The notes under the pieces: model-generated
The model's input: only the letters and a program-made list of their open reading frames with translations
What the model was told of the DNA's origin: nothing
Databases searched by the model: none
Shown here: piece by piece, positions 22,447 to 31,686 of the stretch
Position numbering within the stretch: position 1 is the first letter of the stretch
Layout: each line of letters opens with the position of its first letter
Program-made: the position numbers and the translations under genes
DNA from: Candidatus Saccharimonadota bacterium
Lineage (GTDB): Bacteria; Patescibacteriota; Saccharimonadia; Saccharimonadales; Saccharimonadaceae
Direction of reading: 5' to 3'
Assembly (NCBI GenBank): GCA_017404935.1
Contig: JAFRBI010000006.1
Location: forward strand, 32,379-96,378
DNA length: 64,000 nt

Positions 22447-23036
22447 TATTTTTCTCCTTTTAAATATTTTTCATAACAAGCAGGGCAGATAGCGCGATAT
22501 TCAATAGTGGTTTTGCCGTCGTCAATCAAAATATCTGGGCCGTCTGATACTAACTTGCCATCTATAAATCTAGCATTCAAAGTAGCCTTTTTGCCGCATT
22601 CGCAAATGGTTTTGATTTCTTCAATTTCGTGAGCGATTTGAAGAAGCCTAGTAGCGCCTTCAAAGCCACCGTCTTCACGGCGGAAGTTAAGCCGAAGTCC
22701 ATAGCACATCACTGGAATATTTAAATCTATTGCGACTTTCATTAGCTCATCAACTTGCTTTTTAGTTAAAAACTGTGCTTCATCTACTAACACGCACTGC
22801 ACGTTTTTATAATCTTTGGTGATTTTTTCGTATAAATCGGTAGTCTTATCAAAACAAAAATCGGTCTCTCGTTCTGGGCCAATGCGAGTATAAATTTTAG
22901 TGCCGTGCTTGGTATCGGTGGCAGGTTTAATCACGCAAACTTTGTGGCCGCGTTCTTCGTAGTTAAACGCAACCTGAAGAAGTTGCATAGTCTTACCACT
23001 CCCCATCGCACCGTAACGAAAATACAATTTTCCCAT
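22446..23036 (-). CDS. tdk: thymidine kinase
   Basis: GAMGSGKT, VDEAQF, CYGL, C-terminal Cys zinc motif. Confidence 0.95.
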   Translation of the reverse strand: MGKLYFRYGAMGSGKTMQLLQVAFNYEERGHKVCVIKPATDTKHGTKIYTRIGPERETDFCFDKTTDLYEKITKDYKNVQCVLVDEAQFLTKKQVDELMKVAIDLNIPVMCYGLRLNFRREDGGFEGATRLLQIAHEIEEIKTICECGKKATLNARFIDGKLVSDGPDILIDDGKTTIEYRAICPACYEKYLKGEK

Positions 23037-23057
23037 ATGCTATAATTATACCATATG
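23034..23057. promoter_or_regulatory. 24-bp near-palindromic divergent promoter containing both start codons (tdk/ung)
   Basis: catatgctataattataccatatg; TGnTATAAT on both strands. Confidence 0.75.
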
Positions 23058-23702
23058 CATGAGAGTTGGCAGGAGTTTCTAAAAGCTGAGTTTAATAAGC
23101 CTTATTTTAAGGAATTGTCTGAGTTTTTGCATCAAGAATACGAAAATAAAACAATTTTTCCACCAAAAAAGTTGGTATTTTCGGCTTTTACGACAGATTT
23201 AAATGACGTAAAAGTGGTGATTTTAGGCCAAGACCCATATCATACGCCGGGCGCGGCGGAAGGCTTGGCGTTTTCGGTGCCTTCATCGCAGCCTGTGCCA
23301 CCTAGCCTTATTAATATATATAAAGAAATTGATTCGGATATTGGCTCACATAAAAATCCCACTGGCAGCCTCAGAAATTGGCAAAGCCAAGGCGTGCTAC
23401 TTTTAAACACAGTTTTGACGGTAGAAGCGCACCGAGCCGGCTCGCACCGCGGCAAAGGTTGGGAAACTTTTACTACTGCAGTAATTTCATATTTAAATAT
23501 TCACAAAGATAATTTAGTTTTTATATTGTGGGGAAGAGATGCGAGAAATAAAAAATCTTTAATCGATTCGTCGCGTCATTTGATTTTGGAGGCAGCGCAC
23601 CCGTCGCCTCTTTCTGCTTATAATGGATTTTTCGGCTGCAAACATTTTTCAAAATGTAATAAATATTTAGAAGAGCACGGGGAAACACCGATTGAGTGGT
23701 AA
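23055..23702 (+). CDS. ung: uracil-DNA glycosylase family 1
   Basis: GQDPYH, GLAFSV, GVLLLN, HPSPLS. Confidence 0.97.
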   Translation: MHESWQEFLKAEFNKPYFKELSEFLHQEYENKTIFPPKKLVFSAFTTDLNDVKVVILGQDPYHTPGAAEGLAFSVPSSQPVPPSLINIYKEIDSDIGSHKNPTGSLRNWQSQGVLLLNTVLTVEAHRAGSHRGKGWETFTTAVISYLNIHKDNLVFILWGRDARNKKSLIDSSRHLILEAAHPSPLSAYNGFFGCKHFSKCNKYLEEHGETPIEW

Positions 23703-23703
23703 T

Positions 23704-24252
23704 TTAAACCCAACTTTTTAGTCTTTTGTATTCCTCGGAATCTTGGTCGTAAGAATCTAAAATGTCTTCTGTATAAGTTTTGCCATTTTCAATGTTTAGA
23801 GTTTCTACTTCTGGCATTGAAGCAAGGAGTCTAATAATGGCTTCGTCGGTCTCTAAATTGGTCATGGATTTTGATGGGTCGGTAGAAAAAGATTTTACCC
23901 GGAGGTTTTTATAAACAAACCTTTTAATGCCGGCTTGAAGACAATGCTTGAGGCAATTGTCGCAAGTAGCGGTCATATTATATATAGTGCAACCAGTAAG
24001 GTCTTTGTGTGCATATAAAAGCGCATTCATTTCGGAATGAATCACAAAATGATATTTCATTGGGCGCTCGCTTAAAGTCATTTTGGACTCGTCGGCGCCT
24101 TGTATCATGCCGTTATAACCAACTGACACTACTCGCTTATTCTTATCAACAATTACGCAGCCCATTTGTGATGATGGGTCTTTTGATTTTAGCGCAACCG
24201 TTTCGGCGATTTTTAGGAAATATTCGTCCCATTCTTTTTGTGATGTTGCCAT
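23704..24252 (-). CDS. dCMP deaminase family protein
   Basis: KSKDP, GYNG, HSEMNA, CDNC. Confidence 0.9.
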   Translation of the reverse strand: MATSQKEWDEYFLKIAETVALKSKDPSSQMGCVIVDKNKRVVSVGYNGMIQGADESKMTLSERPMKYHFVIHSEMNALLYAHKDLTGCTIYNMTATCDNCLKHCLQAGIKRFVYKNLRVKSFSTDPSKSMTNLETDEAIIRLLASMPEVETLNIENGKTYTEDILDSYDQDSEEYKRLKSWV

Positions 24253-24354
24253 TTGTCCTCCAATTTACCCCTATTATACCACGAAAAAGGGGTGGGGGGT
24301 TGAAATTTTTAATAAGTTGTGATTGAATATTCGCACTTAAAAGAAAGGAGAATT

Positions 24355-26019
24355 ATGGTCAAAAAATTATTACTCGCAGTATTAATTGTTGGCGCCTACT
24401 TTTTAGCACCAGCGGGATATATTTCTAACGCGGTTGCGGTAAGTTGCCCGGACTTAAAAATAATTTTTGCGCGGGGCTCGGGCGAGGAAAGGTGGGTTGA
24501 TAAAAATTATTTAACTTTTAAGTCTGAAATTGAGTCAAAATTAAAACTTACAAATTTAAAATACGAGTTTGAAGATTTAGATTACCCAGCAATTGGCGTA
24601 GGAGACCCGCTGACGCTACTTACAACTTTTGTAAGTGGCGGTGAGGCTTATGAATTTGGTGAGAGCGTAAGCGTGGGTGTCAAAAATTTAATTTCTGGAA
24701 CTAGTGGCGCTTGTTCTAACACTAAATATATTTTGGCTGGCTATTCGCAAGGCGCGATGGTAGTTTCAAAAGCGATTAATTATATTAACCCCAACAAAAT
24801 TATCTACGCAGCGACTTTTGGCGATCCAAAAATATATCTGCCGGAAGGTTTTGGTTTGGTGCCTTCTGCTTGCTCTGGCAAAAATCTTTCTAATTATAGA
24901 ATTTACGTGCCAGATTGTAGGGTTTATGAGGGTATGCTTGGTGGCTATAAACCTTACCAACCGGAAGGTTATGTTGATAAACTCGGCACTTGGTGTAATA
25001 AAAATGATATTTTTTGTTCGACACATTTTAGTGTTAATGCGCACACTTCTTATGTGTCGGACGGGCTTTATACTGATGCGTCTAAACTAATTTTTGATAA
25101 AATCTGCAAAAGTTTTGGAATTTTGAATACTTTTGTGTCGCTTCACGATACGGCGATTTTGATTGATTCGACAGGTTCGATGGAAAATTATTTGCATGAC
25201 TACAAAAGGGAAGCTTTGAATTTAGCTGAAAAAACTTTAAATTCTGGCGGGCGAGTGGCGCTTTATGATTATCGCGACCTTGGCGACCCGTACAATGTAA
25301 ATGAACATTGTAGTTTTGATACCTGCACTATGGATAGTTTTAAAGCTGGGCTTGACGCGATTACTTTGGGTGGTGGCGGCGAGAGTATTGAAGAATCTTT
25401 ACTTTCGGCAAGTTTTAATGTAATGAAAAAACTAAGTTGGAAGTTTGGCTCGACTAAATCGGTGGTGGTATTTACAGATGCTGGGTATCACAATCCAGAT
25501 ATTGATGGTGTAACTTTTGCCGACGTAGTGAATTTGAGTAAAAAAATCGACCCCGTGAATTTTTATGTGGTGACGACTAAACTTAATAAAAATTTTTATA
25601 AAACTTTGGCAGAGGCTACGGATGGTGCGGTAACAACTTTGGTTGATGGCGTGTCTGGCATGACTGATAATATTATGGCGAGATATGATAGTTTGCCAAG
25701 AGTGGAAGAAGATTTTGATAGGGCGGTTTTACCAGAAATTCCGGAATCTGAATTTGAGTGGATAGGTACTGACTCCGCTAGAATTAGCTGGAAGACTACT
25801 GGAAAAGGAGTAGTAGTGGCATTGAACGATTTAGTTTTGGGGATGTGTGAGTCTGATAGTATCACAATAGATAAATTAGATTTATCGGTTGATAATGTGG
25901 TAACCCTAACCCCCATCGGTGAAAATGTGCGAGGTAGGAGCATTCACATAAATTTGAACGCAGGAAGGGGTGAAATTACGGTCGAAATTCCAAAAGTCCC
26001 TAATGCCGGAAAGAAATAA
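24355..26019 (+). CDS. secreted cutinase-family hydrolase fused to a vWA domain
   Basis: Signal peptide; FARGS, GYSQG, FGDP, CNKNDIFC, AHTSY; vWA DSTGS and VFTDA. Confidence 0.8.
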   Translation: MVKKLLLAVLIVGAYFLAPAGYISNAVAVSCPDLKIIFARGSGEERWVDKNYLTFKSEIESKLKLTNLKYEFEDLDYPAIGVGDPLTLLTTFVSGGEAYEFGESVSVGVKNLISGTSGACSNTKYILAGYSQGAMVVSKAINYINPNKIIYAATFGDPKIYLPEGFGLVPSACSGKNLSNYRIYVPDCRVYEGMLGGYKPYQPEGYVDKLGTWCNKNDIFCSTHFSVNAHTSYVSDGLYTDASKLIFDKICKSFGILNTFVSLHDTAILIDSTGSMENYLHDYKREALNLAEKTLNSGGRVALYDYRDLGDPYNVNEHCSFDTCTMDSFKAGLDAITLGGGGESIEESLLSASFNVMKKLSWKFGSTKSVVVFTDAGYHNPDIDGVTFADVVNLSKKIDPVNFYVVTTKLNKNFYKTLAEATDGAVTTLVDGVSGMTDNIMARYDSLPRVEEDFDRAVLPEIPESEFEWIGTDSARISWKTTGKGVVVALNDLVLGMCESDSITIDKLDLSVDNVVTLTPIGENVRGRSIHINLNAGRGEITVEIPKVPNAGKK

Positions 26020-26023
26020 CTAT

Positions 26024-26656
26024 ATGAATATTGACAATATTTATTCAAAATTAATAAATCGAAAAGCAGTTGATAGACTTGCAAATGGCATGAAAAATGG
26101 CTCTAATAAGGATGTAAAATTCGCCAGAGTTTCCAAAGAATGGATTGATTTTATTAATCTAAATCGTGAAATAGTGGGGCAAAAACCGTTAACCGATAGA
26201 CAAATTAAGGCGTACATTGGAGCCCTTAATAAGCTAGGTAGCCACGTAGGAAAAAATAAATATTTCAAATCTTACCACGAGGCTGCTCAAGCAGCTTATG
26301 ATCTTGTAATGAATTTTGATATTGAAGTTTTTGCTGGGAATCTAAAAGAAAAGCGAAAGAATTCTAAAAATACTATTGTAGCCGGGAGAACATCGCAAGG
26401 AAATACTATAAAATCAATAGCGATTGCAGATGCCCCTGATGGGGGAACTTCATTAAAAGATATTACCCCTCGTCGCAATGCGGAAATAAAAAATCTCCGT
26501 AAATATACGGAAGATTTAGTTAATAACAGTTTGGTGGGTGGCCGAAAGAGTCCCACATCTGCTTCCAACGATAAATCGTTGCCTGGCATGCGGTCATTTG
26601 ATGCTCGTCAACCTGTTAATACTTCTATTGTACCACAAAAACCTAAAAAAGTCTAG
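26024..26656 (+). CDS. hypothetical basic protein
   Basis: ORF immediately after the cutinase gene; no confident motif. Confidence 0.65.
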   Translation: MNIDNIYSKLINRKAVDRLANGMKNGSNKDVKFARVSKEWIDFINLNREIVGQKPLTDRQIKAYIGALNKLGSHVGKNKYFKSYHEAAQAAYDLVMNFDIEVFAGNLKEKRKNSKNTIVAGRTSQGNTIKSIAIADAPDGGTSLKDITPRRNAEIKNLRKYTEDLVNNSLVGGRKSPTSASNDKSLPGMRSFDARQPVNTSIVPQKPKKV

Positions 26657-26859
26657 GGATGCTGGGAGGCGGTAAGATGCCAGTGATTGCCGTATTCGCA
26701 TTTATAGACGCCTAATTTGGTGTCTAAGTGGTGGTCATACTCAGCAACTCTGGCAGCAGCCTCAGTATCTTCTTTGGTGGGGTAACAAATTTTATGCTGA
26801 TCGCCAACCCAACAACGTTCCGGTTCGTAAATCTTGTTCATTTTTGTATTTTTTGCCAT
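26653..26859 (-). CDS. small hypothetical protein (YKC..G.HWHL motif)
   Basis: TGATATAAT 8 nt before ATG; fills the gap between genes. Confidence 0.65.
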   Translation of the reverse strand: MAKNTKMNKIYEPERCWVGDQHKICYPTKEDTEAAARVAEYDHHLDTKLGVYKCEYGNHWHLTASQHP

Positions 26860-26916
26860 ATATCTTTATTATATCACATATTGAATAAAAAGTCAATGTA
26901 TGGTATAATAACTCCT

Positions 26917-28734
26917 ATGGTTTTAGAGAAAGACAAAATTCGGAATGTGGCGATTATCGCACACGTAGACCACGGTAAAACTACCCTTGTAGATGGGCTT
27001 TTAAAGCAGTCTCATACTTTTCGCGATAACCAAGCCGAAATGTCTCAGACTCTAATTATGGACTCTGGCGACCAAGAACATGAGCGGGGAATTACTATCA
27101 CCGCCAAACAAACTTGCGTACATTATAATGGCTATAAAATTAATATAATTGATACTCCGGGACACGCTGATTTTTCTGGCGAAGTGGAAAGAACTCTTAA
27201 TATGGCAGACGGAGTTTTACTCATTGTAGATGCTCAAGAAGGTCCGATGCCACAGACTAAATTTGTTTTACAAAAAGCTCTCGATCTAAAATTGAAACCG
27301 GTGGTGGTAATTAACAAAATTGACAAACCGGCAGCTAGAATTGACGAAGTATTGTCAGAAGTAGAAAGCCTATTTTTGGAACTTGCTACTGATGAATCAC
27401 AGCTATTTTACCCGGTTTATTATGCAATTGCTAGGGAAGGCAAAGCTGGCAAAACCACTGATCTTGATGATGACCTCCATGTAATTTTTGAATCGATTAT
27501 TAATGATATTCCGGCGCCATCGGTAGACGAAAACGCCGAATCAGCGCAGCTTCTCGTGGCTGCACTCGCCGCCGATAATTATCTTGGCAAGTACTGTATT
27601 GGCAAAATTTTTAGAGGCAAACTCAAAAAAGGCCAGAGCGTAAAAGTGCTTCATAATGGCGAGTCCAAAAACGGCAAAATTGATAATTTGTTTATTTATA
27701 AAGGGCTTGGTAAAGAAGAAGTGCCAGAGGCGATTGCAGGTGATATTGTGGCGATTACTGGGGTATCTGAGGCCAATATTGGCGATACTATCGCTACCGG
27801 TGAAAATCCGGAGGCTTTGCCTACTATCGAGCTAGAAGCACCAACCCTTTCGATTTATATTGGTCCAAACACCTCACCTCTTAAGGGGCGTGAAGGCGAA
27901 TTTACGACTTCACGGCAAATTGCCGAAAGGCTTGAAAAAGAGCTAGAAACCAACATCGCGCTTAAAATTAAGCCAGATGGTTTGGGGTATAAAGTGTCTG
28001 GGCGTGGGGAATTGCATTTGTCAGTCTTGATTGAAACGATGCGTCGCGAGGGTTATGAGCTAGAAGCTGGCCGCCCGGAAGTGGTTTATCGCGAAATTGA
28101 CGGCGTAAAATCCGAGCCAATTGAATCTCTTACCATTGAAGTTGACCCAGAATTTGTAGGCGCTGTATCTCAAGAACTTGGTATCAGAAAAGCCGAACTC
28201 AAATCTCAAGAAATCACTACATCTGGCTCAACACGGTTTGTTTATGAAATCTCTACCGCGGCTTTGATTGGCCTTAGAAATAATCTACTTACCGCTACTA
28301 AAGGTACTGTGATTATGTCTTCGATTCCGTCTGGGTATCGTCCGGTGGATACTAAATACCGCCCAGAAAGAAATGGAGCTCTGATTGCCTCTGAAGATGG
28401 TGTTTCTACCGCTTATGCCCTGGATGCCGCCCAGGCTCGTGGTATCTTATATATCCCACCGCAGGTGCCGGTGTATCAAGGTATGATTGTGGGGCTTTCT
28501 AATAAAAAAGAAGATCTAGATTTTAATGTTTGTCGCGAAAAACAACTTACCAATATGCGCACCCACGCATCGGATGGGGCGATTCAGCTTACACCTTATA
28601 CTCAACTCTCTTTGGAACAATGTTTGGATTTTCTACTCGATGATGAACTTCTCGAAGTCACACCAAAATCTTTGAGACTCAGAAAACGCCAGCTCGACCC
28701 AATCAAGAGAAAGCGAGAAAATCGTGCTAATTGA
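26917..28734 (+). CDS. typA: translational GTPase TypA/BipA
   Basis: AHVDHGKT, DTPGHADF, NKID, GRGELHL, REKQLTNMR. Confidence 0.97.
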   Translation: MVLEKDKIRNVAIIAHVDHGKTTLVDGLLKQSHTFRDNQAEMSQTLIMDSGDQEHERGITITAKQTCVHYNGYKINIIDTPGHADFSGEVERTLNMADGVLLIVDAQEGPMPQTKFVLQKALDLKLKPVVVINKIDKPAARIDEVLSEVESLFLELATDESQLFYPVYYAIAREGKAGKTTDLDDDLHVIFESIINDIPAPSVDENAESAQLLVAALAADNYLGKYCIGKIFRGKLKKGQSVKVLHNGESKNGKIDNLFIYKGLGKEEVPEAIAGDIVAITGVSEANIGDTIATGENPEALPTIELEAPTLSIYIGPNTSPLKGREGEFTTSRQIAERLEKELETNIALKIKPDGLGYKVSGRGELHLSVLIETMRREGYELEAGRPEVVYREIDGVKSEPIESLTIEVDPEFVGAVSQELGIRKAELKSQEITTSGSTRFVYEISTAALIGLRNNLLTATKGTVIMSSIPSGYRPVDTKYRPERNGALIASEDGVSTAYALDAAQARGILYIPPQVPVYQGMIVGLSNKKEDLDFNVCREKQLTNMRTHASDGAIQLTPYTQLSLEQCLDFLLDDELLEVTPKSLRLRKRQLDPIKRKRENRAN

Positions 28735-29590
28735 CACTCACTGCCACTTACACGATAGAGAATTCTTCTCGGAAGAACAAGCTGAAGAAATGCTAAAACG
28801 CGCCCGTAAAAAGGGTATAGAAAAAATAATTTGTATCGGGACATCACCAGAAGATTCAGTTGCTGCCCGTGATTTTGCCAACAAACACGACAATGTTTAT
28901 TGGACCTATGGCATCCACCCCGAAGGAGCAACAGAAGGGATTGAATCGGTTCTTTCTTCAGCTGGACTTGAATTTTTAAGCACGTCATACACTGGGACGC
29001 CGAGAGAACCGTCTCCTAAAGGAGACGAACCTCTCGGGTCCGGCAGGAATATACGTGTTAAAAATTCAAATCAGACTTTTATGCTTCAGAAAGAACCCAT
29101 TCGATCCCCCATTGCCATTGGTGAAGTAGGGCTGGATTATCATTATGATGGTTATGATCGCGAGGCGCAGATTAAACTATTCGAAGAAATGTTGCAGCTA
29201 GCCAAGGATAATAACCTTCCAGTGTCTTTCCATGTGCGTGAAGCGTTTGATGATTTCTTTGCAGTGATTGCAAATTTCCCAGAAATTAGGGGCGTTGTCC
29301 ATTCTTTTTCGGACAACAAAAAGAACTTGAAGCGCATACTTGACAAAACTGATTTTTATGTTGGTGTAAACGGTATGGCAACTTATTCCACTTTGCCAAC
29401 TCCGCCGCTTGAGAGAATTTTGTTAGAGACAGATGCGCCATTTTTGACACCGGTGCCATTTCGTGGTAAAATAAATGAATCTGGCTATATTTATGAGATC
29501 GCCGAGTGGCTATCAAATAAATTAGCTATAGATTTCGACAGGGTGGAGAGAGAGACAACTAAAAATGCAAGAGAATTATTCAAATTTTGA
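28724..29590 (+). CDS. tatD: TatD-family deoxyribonuclease with ~35-40 aa palindromic insertion
   Basis: DTHCH, GIHP, IGEVGLDY, VHSF, LLETDAPF. Confidence 0.93.
   Translation: MLIDTHCHLHDREFFSEEQAEEMLKRARKKGIEKIICIGTSPEDSVAARDFANKHDNVYWTYGIHPEGATEGIESVLSSAGLEFLSTSYTGTPREPSPKGDEPLGSGRNIRVKNSNQTFMLQKEPIRSPIAIGEVGLDYHYDGYDREAQIKLFEEMLQLAKDNNLPVSFHVREAFDDFFAVIANFPEIRGVVHSFSDNKKNLKRILDKTDFYVGVNGMATYSTLPTPPLERILLETDAPFLTPVPFRGKINESGYIYEIAEWLSNKLAIDFDRVERETTKNARELFKF
28937..29108. repeat. nested inverted repeat (~170 bp) inside tatD
   Basis: gggattgaatcggttctttct/agaaagaacccattcgatccc; ttgaatttttaagcacgt/acgtgttaaaaattcaa; ccgagag/ctctcgg; cgtctcc/ggagacg. Confidence 0.85.
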
Positions 29591-29653
29591 TTTTGCTACA
29601 GAAGATGCTGTGATTTTTGATGAGCTCGACGCGATTTCAAAGGAGATTGACAG

Positions 29654-29995
29654 ATGCAGAGAAAGAAACCTTATCGATATTCTAACCGCCTAAATTACAA
29701 CGATTTGATTAGCTTGGAATCTAGCTATGCAAGAAGTCTTTTTGGGCCGGTGCCAAATGGACATAGACGTGAATTTTTTAAAGATAAAGATAACGTGTGG
29801 GTTTGGTATGAAGGTTGGACTAATTCGGTGGGGAATTTGGAAGAAATGACTGTGCGCTACGAAGTGCGTCCTTCTGGAGTGTTTAAGTTGGTTTCTGGTG
29901 GGAAATATAAAAAATTAAAGGGCCCAGAGCTCGATAATTTTAGAAATGTAGCCAAGGGCTATCTTAAATTGATGAAAACCAAGCTCTATTATTGA
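29654..29995 (+). CDS. hypothetical protein
   Basis: AAGGAG RBS; 113-aa ORF. Confidence 0.75.
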   Translation: MQRKKPYRYSNRLNYNDLISLESSYARSLFGPVPNGHRREFFKDKDNVWVWYEGWTNSVGNLEEMTVRYEVRPSGVFKLVSGGKYKKLKGPELDNFRNVAKGYLKLMKTKLYY

Positions 29996-30025
29996 GATTT
30001 TTGCTACTTATGCTAAAATAGAAGT

Positions 30026-30514
30026 ATGAGTGGAGATAAATCTGTAAGCGAAGAAGAACTAAAAAAGGCCTTTTCAAAGGTTGATAAAGAAGACGGTAAG
30101 GCTAAAAAACCGAAAAAATCCGGTAAAAAAGCACCAATTGTATTTTTTGTAATTGGTATGGTTGCGCTGGTTGCTGGGCTTTCGTTTTTGATTTATAGAT
30201 TAGTGGTGGGGCCGTCTGCTGCAGATGCAGAGTTTTTGATTAACTCTGGCGAATGGGTAGAAGAAGATGAGCCAAGCGTAATTTGGAAATTTACTGAGGT
30301 AGGAAAAGGCACACTTACTACTGATGGGCACCAAACAAATTACGATTTTATTTGGGCGCTAGAAAACGGTCAGCTCAAAATTGAAACAAACTGGCTTTAT
30401 ACGATTAGCGATGAATTCACTTACTCTTTGGACCAAGGTGGCAAAACTTTGACGCTTAAAAATGAAGATAAGGGCGTGGAAGTTAAATTTAAGGCTAGCG
30501 AAAAATCAGAATAG
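30026..30514 (+). CDS. hypothetical single-pass membrane protein
   Basis: Lys-rich N-terminus, one TM, beta-rich C-domain. Confidence 0.8.
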   Translation: MSGDKSVSEEELKKAFSKVDKEDGKAKKPKKSGKKAPIVFFVIGMVALVAGLSFLIYRLVVGPSAADAEFLINSGEWVEEDEPSVIWKFTEVGKGTLTTDGHQTNYDFIWALENGQLKIETNWLYTISDEFTYSLDQGGKTLTLKNEDKGVEVKFKASEKSE

Positions 30515-30561
30515 GCCTTGAGCATTTTTAATTTTGGCATTTTTATGTTATAATTATAGAT

Positions 30562-31686
30562 ATGATTTATCTAGATCATGCGGCGGCGACGCCGGTTTCT
30601 AAAAAAGTTTTTGAGGCGATGAAGCCGTATTTTTCTGATGATTTCTTTAACCCAAGTGCTGCGTATCTTCCAGCCAAAAAAGTTTCTTCAGATTATGAGG
30701 CTGCCAAAGGCGTAATCGCCCACGCGATTGGGGCTAAGGCTAATGATATTGTGATTACTGCTGGCGCGACCGAAGCAAACAACCTTGCATTTAGTATTCT
30801 TGATGGTAAAGTTTTATATCTTGCTACCGAGCACGATTCGGTTCGCAAAGTGGCCGAAAAACACGGTGGAACCCCAATTGATGTAGATAAAAATGGGCGA
30901 ATTGTTCTAGATGATTTGAGAGCCAAAATCAACGACGATGTGGTTTTGATTTCGGTGGCACTAGCCAACAATGAGCTCGGCACAATTCAGCCTTTATCTG
31001 AAGTCGCTGCGATTATTCGTGAGGTAAGGCTAGATAGATTGTCTCGTGGAGTAAAAACCCCTCTTTATCTTCATTCTGACGCCTCACAGGCTTTGAATCT
31101 TCTTAACGTCAATGTAGCAAGGCTTGGTGTAGATCTTTTAACTCTTAATTCTGCCAAGGTTTATGGACCAAAGGGTGTAGGTTGCTTATATGTTTCTCAC
31201 GATGTGAAATTAAAACCTATCAGTTTAGGTGGTGGGCAAGAAAATGGGCTTCGTTCTGGTACCGAAAACGTGCCTGGTGTGATTGGTTTTGCTAAGGCAG
31301 TAGAAGAAGCCTCTGCGCATATGAACGGTAATCGCAAAAAATATGCTGAATTTCGCAAAATTTTGCTAGCCGAATTACAGGGGTATGAACTGGTCAATAA
31401 AAAGCACTCTCTTGACAATTTTGTAGTTTTATGCTATAATGGAATTGATGCAGAAAGATTAGTCTTTCTTCTTGAAGAAAAGGGGGTGTATGTATCTACG
31501 GGAGCAGCTTGCGCTGCTAATAAAGGTACTAAATCACACGTTCTAGCTGCAATTGGGCTTTCTGACTCTGAAATAAACGGGTCGCTACGCCTAACCCTTG
31601 GAGAAACCAACGACGAAAAACAAATCCACGAAGCTGCCAGACTTATCAACGAGGCAGTAGAGGTGGAGAGGGGGAGAAATGGATAA
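30562..31686 (+). CDS. iscS: cysteine desulfurase (IscS/NifS group I)
   Basis: YLDHAAATP, HSDASQ, NSAKVYGPKG, GLRSGTEN, STGAACA; overlaps mnmA. Confidence 0.9.
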   Translation: MIYLDHAAATPVSKKVFEAMKPYFSDDFFNPSAAYLPAKKVSSDYEAAKGVIAHAIGAKANDIVITAGATEANNLAFSILDGKVLYLATEHDSVRKVAEKHGGTPIDVDKNGRIVLDDLRAKINDDVVLISVALANNELGTIQPLSEVAAIIREVRLDRLSRGVKTPLYLHSDASQALNLLNVNVARLGVDLLTLNSAKVYGPKGVGCLYVSHDVKLKPISLGGGQENGLRSGTENVPGVIGFAKAVEEASAHMNGNRKKYAEFRKILLAELQGYELVNKKHSLDNFVVLCYNGIDAERLVFLLEEKGVYVSTGAACAANKGTKSHVLAAIGLSDSEINGSLRLTLGETNDEKQIHEAARLINEAVEVERGRNG

